20,182 nt of DNA, from NCBI GenBank assembly GCA_000388065.2, contig KB932219.1; one strand, written 5' to 3'. A program made the position numbers and the translations under genes. Position 1 is the stretch's first letter. Each line of letters starts with the position of its first letter. Of this stretch, positions 1 through 8,639 are shown piece after piece. The notes under the pieces were generated by a model, which saw nothing but the letters and a program-made list of their open reading frames with translations, was not told where the DNA came from and ran no database searches. This DNA comes from Fonticula alba ATCC 38817. Lineage: Eukaryota > Protista > Nucleariida.

Positions 1-173
1 CTTGGACGCGGCGGATGCACTGCTGTCCGTGGCGCAGAGTGACACCTACCAGACGGATGGCGGCTGGACAGTCCGGTGCGTGGCCCCGGCGGCGGGGGGA
101 GATGGCCCGGCTGATCTCGCCCTTCCCGGACCTCTCCCCTGCCCGGACTAACGCCCGCTCCTTGCCACTGGAC

Positions 174-174
<1 letters not shown>

Positions 175-222
<48 letters not shown>

Positions 223-255
223 CTGGAGTTCAGCCCCCCCCCCCCCCCCCCCCCC
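175..255 (+). repeat. Poly-C homopolymer tracts (C43 at 175-217, C22 at 234-255)
   Basis: Read directly. They produce the poly-Pro/poly-Gly stretches in the ORF track. Shorter C/G runs occur at ~687-704, ~19340-19354, ~19659-19681 and elsewhere. Confidence 0.95.
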
Positions 256-724
256 GGCCCACCCCACGCCTGCCGCCGCGATACGACGCCACACCCCCCT
301 GGGCGCCGGCGTAAAGCATGGCAGGGATGCCCCCGGCGATTCCCCTGCCAGGGGGCTCCCTTCCGGGCCGGCCGGACCGGGTGTCACCAGGCCAGATGCC
401 GAAGCAGGAGCTCCCGGGGGGAGGGGGCGCTTGCTGCACGGGCGGGATGGTTCGTCCAGGGAGCGGGGGACATGGGCGTCCTGGCGGCGCCGTGGCCGTG
501 GCCGTGCTTATGGGGCTATGGTGGCGGAGGCGCCGGCCTGGCGTGTGGCCGCGATATTGCCGGTAGTCCGGGTGGGGAGTTTCCGGCGGCGGGCCGAGCC
601 CTGGCGGCGGTTATGGGCTGCCGGCGGGCGCGATCTCGGCGTGCCCAGTCTCCGAGTCTGCGGGCTGCCGCGGGATCCGGGGGCGTGGGGGGGGGGGGGG
701 GGGGCATCTCGAGCCAGGAGCTCT

Positions 725-1000
725 CCGGGTTGTGACGGTCGTCTCGTCGAGGTGCCGCTGCATGTGGAAGTCGAAGGAGCTGGCCGTTTCCTTGGTCAGG
801 GGCGGGTAGTCCATGTAGAAGACGAGGACTTTGTTCCGGCGAAGCGTCTTGCCCTATGTGTCCGGCCAGCCAATGGCCCAGGGCGGCGATGTGGCCCGGG
901 GCCCGCGGGCACCCGCAGGGATGTGCCCATCACGAGCGGGACATTCGGCTTGCCCATGTGCCGGTGAGCGGGGAGCGGGCATGGGGGGTACATGGTCATG
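725..1000 (-). pseudogene. Sirtuin (Sir2 family) C-terminal fragment, frameshifted
   Basis: Minus-strand KPNVPLVMGTSLRVP (GTSLRV at 910-927) matches the sirtuin xPDLLxVMGTSLxVP motif. After a frame change, KVLVFYMDYPP (818-832) and SFDFHMQRHLDE (758-775) resemble the C-terminal KVxxVNxxP...FDxHxxGDxD strands of class I sirtuins (Hst3/Hst4-like by memory). Confidence 0.6.
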
Positions 1001-1141
1001 GGGGCGTCGTCTCCCGGGGGGTGGGTGGTGTGCGGGGGGGGGGGCCGGGGGGACCGAGAGGGAAAGGGCGGTGCGAGAAACCAGCCTGGGGGGTGGGGCG
1101 GTAAAAAACAGCCACTCGAGAAGAAGGAGGGCGACACAAAC

Positions 1142-1224
1142 GCAGGGCGCGAATCCATGGGCAGATCCCAGAGCAACTGACAAGAGACCCATAGAGAGCG
1201 GATAAAATAACGGTCCGAGGAAGT
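1142..1224 (+). repeat. Possible highly diverged, deleted copy of repeat family R
   Basis: Landmarks gcag-ggcg, gaa-cca-gg, gcaact, gagac, ataaaataa and gt-cgag-gaag occur in the same order as in the copies at 2039 and 3843, but with deletions. By eye only. Confidence 0.3.
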
Positions 1225-1489
1225 GGCCAAGTCGAGCGTAAAGTTCGAGTCCGTGGGTAGATCATCGGCAGAAACTTACGTAGTCCGATCTTGGAAGAGA
1301 GAACAAAGCGGTCACTCAAGGGGGCGGGGAGAATTAAAGTGGCCGCCCAAGGGGGGGGTGGGGGAGGGGGGAATAAAAGTGCCTACCCAGGGGGGGGCAG
1401 CGGAAAACGCAGGGTGTAAGCCCAGGCGCCAAAGCCCAAGAAAGGAGCACGCCGGCCAAGACCGAGTAGGGAGGCAGGGGCAGCATCCC

Positions 1490-1690
1490 CCCCCCCCTGG
1501 GCCCGAGATTATGAAACAAAAACGCGCCCCTCCGCCAGCCAGGCTGGGGCTCTGGCGACCGGCGACACGAGAAAAAACGAGAGTAGGTGTCGGCAATCGT
1601 CATCACGTGCGTGTATTTTTGTGTCAGTTTCTCGATATGTAATAAAATTATATTCCCGTTGAATTAAAATCCACCCATAAGTAGGCACTT
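1490..1690 (-). pseudogene. Remnant of a second retroviral-type (rve) integrase core
   Basis: Minus-strand KYTHVMTIADTYSRF (1583-1618), followed ~22 codons later by AFLFHNLGPRGG (1508-1522). This matches the rve pattern YxLxIVDxFSRF...AxFLFxNIxxRFG. LWVDF or LHIE upstream could be the first catalytic Asp region. It is more AT-rich than the element at 5-11 kb. Confidence 0.5.
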
Positions 1691-1770
1691 GCATCTTTTC
1701 CGCCTTGCGTTAGCATATGCACCCCGATGGTTTTCATTTTCAGTATAAAGCCGCTAGACAAAGACGTGAT

Positions 1771-2022
1771 ATGGTTATAGCTATGTTTATGGTTATGGTT
1801 GTGGGTTATATGTCTGGCTGTGCGACCATGTACATGGTTGTGGGTTATGCGTAAATTGTGGGGCGTGCGCATGGTTGTGGGTTATGTGATTGGCTATTGG
1901 GCCGTGCGAATGGCTGTGAGGCCATGCGCATGTCTGTGGGGCTATGAATATAGTTGTGGGGCTATGGCTACGTTTATGTCTATATGGGGTTGTGTCTACG
2001 GTTATGTCTATGGTTGTGGTTA
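1771..2022 (+). repeat. Degenerate GGTTAT/GGTTGT/GGGTTA simple-repeat tract
   Basis: Repeated tatggttatggttgtgggttat, with a higher-order unit of roughly gtgcgcatggttgtgggttat in about 3-4 copies. It reads as HNHNH on the minus strand. Confidence 0.85.
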
Positions 2023-2038
2023 GGCGCACTATGGGACT

Positions 2039-2407
2039 TGAAGTAGAGGGCCTTACGAACCAGGGAATGCGATGTCGCCTGGAAGCAGGGAGACTGGCAG
2101 CTCGCGGCCCGAGCCGAGTTAGCGGGCGAACGGAAGAAAGAAGGAACACAATAAAATAACAAGAAGGGGGTTCGAGAGGAAGCCTTAGAACTGGTGTTCG
2201 CGGGCTGGACCGGTGCTTTCGGTGATGGTGTCCCCTTTTTGGCCTTTGGGTCGATCAAGGGGCAGATCTGAGAAGTCCGCGCTCGCGCGTACCGCCGTTC
2301 CTCTCCCGGGCTCCGGCGGCCAGACTCGGCCGTTGTCTTGCCCCGCCTTCCTCTGGGGAGGAGCGCCTCTTAGAATGTCAAATCTGCCAGGGGCATCCCC
2401 GGCACGT
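2039..2407 (+). repeat. Repeat family R, copy 1 (LTR-like, ~370 bp)
   Basis: Direct repeat of 3843-4223, about 85-90% identical by eye. Both copies start TGAAG, contain an AATAAA/A-rich block and the hairpin CCCC(TT)TTGRCC...GRTCAAGGGG (2232-2262). Confidence 0.85.
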
Positions 2408-3333
2408 ACGGAACCCTGTAACCATAATGTCACCTCCGGCGCTGCGTCGGAACTTCGCTCCGCTCACCTCCTCCCCACCTGCCTTACCTCGCCCTGCTTT
2501 GTTTTCCCCTGCTGTCGCCTCCCCGCCAAAATCTGGCCACACCCTCCACATGATCCGGGGGATCCCTTTTTTCACCTCCCTTCCCCCGTAGGTGGGTGTT
2601 GGCGTCGCCCGTCAACGATGCAAGCCATTCTCTCTCTCTGTCTCTCGTTTTCCCCTTATTACCCATGTATTTCCTCTTTTCTGGGCACCCCTGCCCCCCT
2701 TTTCTCGCCTCCCCTCCAAGGGCTCAGCACCTTGAAGGATGGTCATTCTCTTTGCCGAGGCCTTGACTTCCCGTTGCCGTGCCTCGGTACGCCGCTCCCC
2801 TGAAGCGCTGTGACTCAGTCCCTGATGTACTCTCTTTAAAGACGCAGATCACCAGCTTTCCCTTCTTTTGTTGTCGTGTCCACGTCCGAGTGGTGACCCT
2901 CTCGGGACGGAACACTCTGGGTGGTTCAGGGAAGGCCCCCACCGGTGCCGCAGAATCAAGCACCAGCACCGGAGTGTTTCAAGCCCCTAACAAGTGCTTT
3001 GGTTTACAGGGTGGCTTGTCGGCTGCCACCACACCATTACCATAACCAAGGTGGCCCTATTTTGCTCTTCCGGAGCTGGCCACGCCCCCGAGAGGCACCA
3101 GCTCCGGATCCCACTGTGTGTAAGCCTCTCCCCCCCCCTGCGAACCAACAAGTCCCTTTCCCGACCTATTGTCAACCGGCCTTGACTCGGCCGCTTATTG
3201 GGGGCTGGTGTTAATTGAGAGAGTCACTTGGTCCAGTGGCTGTAGCAGGGTTTACACGGGCTAAGCCTAAGTCAAGTGGGTGAAGCTTGACGAAGGGTAC
3301 CAGTGTGATCAGCCACCCGGTCAGTGACCTCCA

Positions 3334-3635
3334 GGCATGAGTCGAGGGAACATACCAACCAGCGGTTCACGGTCGTCTGTTTCCAGAGCGAGTCAGTAAC
3401 TCGACTTGAGGCGAGTTAGTGGCAAGCGAAAATACAAAGAAAACTCGAATAAATAAAAGGGGTTCGAGAGGAAGCCCTAGAACAGGTGTTCGTCGACTTG
3501 ACTGGTGTGTCAGCAATACTTTCGTATACTCTTCGACACACAGCTGCTAAGGCCTTCACTTTCGGAGGGTTCCCTGCGAGAGCCCCCCTTTTGACCTTTG
3601 GGATGGGTCAAGGGGTGGATATGAGAACCCCGCGG
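3334..3635 (+). repeat. Repeat family R, copy 3 (diverged, with ~70 bp insert)
   Basis: Shares ggcatga, gaggg, gcgagttag, aataaa-ggggttcgagaggaagcc-tagaac-ggtgttcg and ccccttttgacc...ggtcaagggg (3585-3615) with the other copies. The insert contains a 7-bp inverted repeat, gtgtgtc (3505-3511) and gacacac (3535-3541). Confidence 0.75.
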
Positions 3636-3842
3636 TGGGACTTGTCCATGCGCGTATCTCCACGCTCGGTCGAGCGCCTACATCGCTCGACCTCGCTGGG
3701 CCACCCGGGTCGTTATCCTAGCCCGCATTCTCGATCAGGAGAATGCTATTGGAACTTCGTCCTTCTTTGGTTTAACACGTGAGAATATTGGCCTCACGTG
3801 TTGTTCTATTCAAGCTTACATGGGGATTCCACAACAGTGGCA

Positions 3843-4223
3843 TGAAGCAGAGGGCGTACCGAACCAGGGAATACGATGTCGCCTGGAAGGAGGGAGACTG
3901 GCAACTCGCGGCCTGAGACGAGTTAGCGGGCAAACGGAAGAAAGAATAAAATAAAATGATAAAAGGGGGTTCGAGAGGAAGCCTTAGAACTGGGGTTCGC
4001 GGGCTGGACCGGTGCTTTCGGTGATGGTGTCCCCCTTTTGACCTTCGGGTCGGTCAAGGGGCAGATCTGAGAAGTCCGCGCTCGCGCGTATCGCCGTTCC
4101 TCGCTCGGGCTCCTGTCTAGGCCCGGGATAGGCAGCCACACTCGGCCGTTGTCTTGCCCCCGCGGTCCTCCTTAGAGGAACGCCATTTAGAATGTCAAAC
4201 CAGTCACGGGGTATCCGGCACGT
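3843..4223 (+). repeat. Repeat family R, copy 2 (LTR-like, ~380 bp)
   Basis: Direct repeat of 2039-2407. It carries the gacc-TTCG-ggtc hairpin at 4031-4061. It may extend to ...ACTAACA at 4240, which would give TG...CA ends. Confidence 0.85.
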
Positions 4224-4368
4224 GTGGTTTGCAACTAACAAATGATTTGGTTAATCGCGAAAAGAGCCGGCCCAGTCATGCCCGGTCCAAACTTTCCGAT
4301 TCCGTCTTCGTTGGCCCCTGCCGGGCGGGATAGGACCCGCTCGGGGCATTGCTCAAAAGTACCCTTTC

Positions 4369-4700
4369 TCAAGCGGGGCGACTTGCCGGCGGGCGACCGC
4401 CACCCGGAAAGTCCCGGCGGCCGAAGGCAAAGAGGGGGGGGGGATTGCGCACCTTGTGCATATTGGCATCGAAGACATTGACTGCGCCGGTGCGAGGGCA
4501 GGGCGAGGTGCTAATGGCTTCCGGGTCGAGCCCCAGCGCCTGGAAGGCCCGGGCGCCGGCGTTGTGCACGCCCTCCGGGCCGCGGAAGGTCGGGATGCCG
4601 GCCGCCGTGGACACCCCGGCCCCGAGGAGGGCTATCATCCGGCGGCCGCGGCCGAAGAGCGACGCCAGGATGTCCGGCTGGTCGGGCCGGGGGTGTCCGT
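4369..4700 (-). pseudogene. Sirtuin (Sir2 family, class I-like) N-terminal catalytic-domain fragment
   Basis: RRMIALLGAGVSTAAGIPTFRGPEG (GAGVS at 4609-4623, GIPTFR at 4582-4599) is the sirtuin NAD-binding signature GAGxSxxxGIPxFR. It is followed by ALGLDPEA...VFDANM...NPPPLFAFGRRDFPG, similar to LGLDDPQDVF / FDIxYFRKDPRPFFKFAKEIYPG. A TGA follows, and no intact TQNID/HG motif lies downstream. A Pro/Ala-rich N-extension in another frame reaches ~4955. Confidence 0.85.
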
Positions 4701-4956
4701 GCGCCGGGGCGCCGGTGAGTTGTTCGGCTTTCTGGGCATGGGGGCGTGCCGGTGGGCCGGGCCTGGAGGCGGTGGTGGAGCAGGAGGGACCAGTGCGGGG
4801 AAGGGGGGCGGGCGGAGGAAGACTGACCCGGCCGTTGGCGAGGCAAACGCCGAGGCTTTTTTGCGCCAGCCGGTGCGGCCGGCGGGCCGGGCGGGGAGGG
4901 CGTATTATTTTTTTCTTCCCCCGGCTCGTCCGCGTCCCCGTCCTTGGCAATGTGCC

Positions 4957-4990
4957 GGTTATGGTTGTGGTTATCGGTTATGTGGTTATG
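4957..4990 (+). repeat. Short GGTTAT/GGTTGT tract at the junction of the sirtuin fragment and the 3' LTR
   Basis: ggttatggttgtggttatcggttatgtggttatg, read directly. Confidence 0.75.
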
Positions 4991-5004
4991 AGCGTGGACG
5001 CACG

Positions 5005-5220
5005 GGAGGGCGTTGAAGGGGTCCGGCAAAGGGCGTACTGGAGGAGAACAAAGAATTGCATTGAATCGGGGGTCCGCCGAAAGTGCCTCACCCTTTACAT
5101 GATGCTTGCACAGTCGGGCCGCTTGGACCAAGTTGATGCCCCGGCAGCCGCGTACGCAAAGCGCGGCCCCCAGATGGGCTACACGCGCAGATGCGGGGGT
5201 TCCGGGCAGGGCTCGTTGCA
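5005..5220 (-). repeat. 3' LTR (starts TGCAACG on minus; distal ~24 bp not alignable)
   Basis: Aligns without gaps to 10609-10824 over 216 bp. I counted 15 mismatches (~93% identity), 11 of them transitions. Confidence 0.9.
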
Positions 5221-5222
5221 GA

Positions 5223-5233
5223 CCCCCCTTTTT
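5223..5233 (-). promoter_or_regulatory. Polypurine tract (PPT)
   Basis: Minus-strand AAAAAGGGGGG, then 2 nt (TC), then the TG of the 3' LTR. Confidence 0.85.
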
Positions 5234-5559
5234 GTGAGGGAGCCTCTGGCAACCGAGTAAAATAAAAATCAAGAGCCCTGACCCTGGACGGTCGCTGTCG
5301 CATTCCGAGGTCTGCGCCGCATATCGGCACCCCCGATGGTCTCTGGGTGCTCCTGGTCTCGACGTCTCGTGCGTTCCGTTGGTGTAGGTGTGGTGTCTTC
5401 ACTCGGTTCGGTCGAGGGTCGAGCAGGAGGAGTGGGAGGCTCCATAGGAGTGTCTGTAGGAGGGGGGCTGGCTCTTGGACGCCAGGGGGCGGCGTGGGGG
5501 GAAGGAGGGCGAGAGGTTGTGGGCTCAGTGTCCACAGGATCCTGCGACGCTGCTGGCGG

Positions 5560-6600
5560 AGGGTTGGTCGGGCCCGGAATGGATTTCACATCCGGGACAT
5601 GTACCAGATCGGTTGTCCGTCCGTGCGGCCTGGAGGCAAGCTTCAGTACGTTGGTTGAGGCGAGGTCAGCCGGTCGGATGGGCGGGTGTGCCGCCTGTCC
5701 CGGGGATGGGGCCATGATCTTGTCCCGGTCGGTGGACACGGGAACGACGCAGTCCCCCGGCTGGATGTTGTGCGGGCGCGAAGTCTTCGCGCGCTTCTCC
5801 GTCCGCTGTTGTCCCTCCTTCTGGTGGTTCTTCCGGACCTCGGCCTTAGTCTCCGCATGAGATGGGGCATTCAGTTCCGAGATGGATCCGATCATGTCAC
5901 CCGTCGCCGGTCCATGGGCGATGAGTTTGGGCGAACAGCCCAGGGTGGTGGGTGTGTTGTTGTACGCTTCTCTGGCACGCTGAAGGCCCTCGGCGAAAGT
6001 GAGGTGCGTCCCACGCGCCCACAGGGACATTCTTAGGGGAACGCACAGCCGGTTCAGCCGGCCCATTGGGCTGCGCCCGATGGGCCAGGCTGTGGTCTAG
6101 CATGGGGCCCCTTGAGAGCATTGCCCCACGGAACGCCGCGGACAGGAACACGCTTTCGCGGTCGGTCCGGATGTCGGGGGGTTCATACTTAAAGCACGGT
6201 CAATGGCCTCGGTGAGGATGTTGGCCGAGCATCGGGTGGGTACGATTGGCGCCCAGATGTGCGGCGCGAACAGGTCGATGATAACCAACACTCGGGTGTT
6301 GTCCTTCGCCGCCCGTCCTTGGGAGACGGCGAAGCCCATGGCCAGCGCCTTGCAGGGATCCGTTGGTGTACGGGCCCCTGCAAGGCGTGTACATGCTGGA
6401 GTTTTTGGGTTTGGTCGCTGCGCAATGAGGGCATCCCCGAAGGCATGTCCCCGCTGCCTGGCTGAAGCCTGGGCCGGAGAAGCCCGCTCGGGGGATGTTC
6501 ATTGTGGCCGTCATGCCCGGATGGGCAAGTCCGGCCGCATTGTGGATGCATTCAGCCAGTGACGCAGCGCCCCCCAGTAGGCACTGCGATGCGGCTCCGA
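5560..6600 (-). pseudogene. pol: Gypsy integrase, frameshifted across about 4 frames
   Basis: HHCC finger IHNAAGLAHPG...CLRGCPHC (6422-6544). Core LAMGF (first Asp changed to Gly), RVLVIIDLF, IRTDRESVFLSAAF, HRAQPNGPAEPAVRSPKN and AYNNTPTTLGCSP. A GPY/F-like tail follows: IQPGDCVV...NVLKL...VHVPDVK. Confidence 0.9.
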
Positions 6601-6959
6601 TCGCACCAGATCTGCGGCGTCCGTAGTGTGGGGCTGGTCCAGTGCTGCGCCGCTGGATGGCTTGCGCCCGTTCTGCCAGATCGCGGGGAAGCTCAAGACG
6701 CCGCACGTCCGCGATCTCATGGTTTCCATTGTCAGCCGTGTTGGCTTGCGTGGCTGCGATCCATGCATCCTCCTCGGGACCAAGGTCGTCCGTCTTTCTC
6801 CGCGTGACGATGTGGTCCTGCACCCGCACGCCCCTTGCATTGGTGCGCGGGCCACCAACCCCGTCCCGACGCCGCATGGTGATGCTCATCGGGAGTCGAG
6901 AGAGAGAGAGGTAGTCCGCCGCCGTGTTCGTCTCGCCGGGCGTGTGGCCAATGCTGGCA

Positions 6960-7300
6960 AGGGGGAACTCGAGGCGACTTGTCCATCGGGCTTTCCGCGG
7001 GCAGGTGGCTTGCGCTGTCCGCCACTGCGCGATGATCTTGGGTATCGGTCATCACCGTGATGGGCAGACCGTTCTGCGCCAGGTGCTCCCAGTGCTCCAG
7101 GGCCATCAGCACTGCCCTGGTTTCCTCCTCGTAGGCGGGGGACGTCCGTTGCTCCTTCGGGATCCGCTTGGCGAAGAACTCGACCGGCCGGCGAGCCAAC
7201 GCGTCCGACCCTGCCGCAACAGGGCTGCGCCCACGCCTTCGGCCGACGCGTCGCCGCAAGGGAAAAAGGGCGCCGAGATGTCCGGGGCCCGCAGCGAGCC
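6960..7300 (-). pseudogene. pol: Gypsy RNase H domain, frameshifted
   Basis: GDASAEGVGAALL (7235-7252), then in another frame PVEFFAKRI...YEEETRAVLMALEHW...ITVMTD (7044-7058). Confidence 0.9.
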
Positions 7301-7429
7301 GATGTTGGCAATGGCTCGCTTGGTGGCTGTGAACGAGGCCTCCGCCTCCGGCGACATGCCAAAGCGTGCCCCGGAGTCGATGTTGGCCAGGTCCATCACC
7401 ATAACCGCGACCGTGCTGGGGTCCGGAAT

Positions 7430-8060
7430 CCACGCTCGGATGAAGTAGGCCAGTGAGCCTCTGCAGCTCCTGCTTGGTGGGCGGAGCCGGCGGTGAGGGG
7501 ATCTCTTCGCGCCGTGCATCCGTGATGTCCATCGCGCCTTCACCCAGCTCACGCCCAAGGCATCGGCCGCGCGGTGCGCCAAAGACACACTTGTCGATGG
7601 TGGGATTGGCGCTGGCGTGGTCCAGGGCGGCAAGCACCCGGTGAACGCCACGCACATGCACTTCCCATGCGTCGGAGTACACGGTGATGTCGTCCACGTA
7701 GAACGTGCACACGTCGGCCACTGGCGCCAGGGCAGTCTTGAGCGCAGCAGAGGATGCGTGTGTGGCCGGGTTGACCCCGACCGGCAGTCGGGTATGTTTG
7801 TTGCAGCCCTGTGCCACTCGGAAGGTGAAGAAGCGTTGCATGTCTGCGGCGATGGCGAGGTGGTGGAAGTTGAGGTCCAGGGTGGCGAAGAGCTTGTCCC
7901 CCCGCGACATGCTGGGCGACCTTCGGTCCCACGGCCAGACTGTGCTTTGGGACCTTGATCCGGTCATCCGGCGCGGGGGAGTCGCCACACACTCTGATGG
8001 AGCCATTCGTCTTCGGCGCAATCCCCAGCGGTGCGGCGTGGGCGATTGGCCCCGCCGGCA
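7430..8060 (-). pseudogene. pol: Gypsy reverse transcriptase, frameshifted
   Basis: AAPLGIAPKTNGSIRVCGD, then LFATLDL...FTFR...RLPVGV...FYVDDITVYS (YVDD at 7689-7700)...HVRGVHRVL...KCVFG...LG...KQELQRLTGL. Confidence 0.93.
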
Positions 8061-8349
8061 CCACCGCTCCCGGCGTCCAGCAACTCACGAAGCCACTCCT
8101 GAACGCCCTTCCGGCCTAATGGGGCTCTTGGGCGGGAAGGTCCAGTTGGTACCTTCGACCGGTTCAAACGACACCGCCCGGGTGTCGCGCAAACGAGGGA
8201 CCCCGCGCTATGAATGTGTCAATCAAAGGCTCGCACGATGGGCCCGAGGGGATGTGCAGGCCGGTCTGCAGCAAGCCGCCGTTCCCGTGGAAGTACGTCA
8301 TAGCACTGGTCCAGCGACCACCCTCCCAGCCAGGGGGGGGGGCAGATCC

Positions 8350-8520
8350 TCATCCCGAGCGGCCGGAGTGGGGCATCTTCCTGCATTTCATGCGGATCCA
8401 CGTGCGCACTCGTGTTCGCCGGGAACAGGCGCGTGCAGATCTCGCGGCTTGGAATGCCACGAGGAGCGGCGGTGTCAATGACGATGGCTTTGGCCGAAAG
8501 GGGGCCCGCGCTTGCGGATT
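8350..8520 (-). pseudogene. pol: Retropepsin-like aspartic protease remnant
   Basis: KAIVIDTAA (D-T-A at ~8468-8476) resembles the xLxDTGA active site and lies in the expected position upstream of RT. Confidence 0.65.
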
Positions 8521-8639
8521 CCATCCGGAGCTCGCGGGTGCGGTGTGCGGTGTTGACGCGCCGGTCGACCCGCCAGTAGCGCGTGGAACCCGCCACCGTC
8601 GGAAGCTGCCCCCCCGCGAACCATGCACCTTGGCACGGC

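Noticed and set aside
1648-2149. His/Asn-rich minus-strand ORFs (HNHNH) and their plus-strand counterparts
   Set aside because: They are simply translations of the GGTTAT simple repeat.
2408-3330. ORFs between the R copies as the missing sirtuin centre or as gag/pol
   Set aside because: No TQNID, HG, CxxC, RT or IN motif was found in the translations I inspected.
2290-4150. HDV-like or hammerhead ribozyme (retrozyme) in repeat R (ccg-ttcctcgc-tcgg resembles an HDV P3/L3)
   Set aside because: I could not build matching P1/P2 helices or a consistent J4/2 in both copies, and found no CUGANGA...GAAA core on either strand. A cmsearch would settle it.
5269-5560. Chromodomain after the integrase
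   Set aside because: The tail after VHVPDVK is Pro/Thr/Ser-rich with no aromatic-cage pattern.
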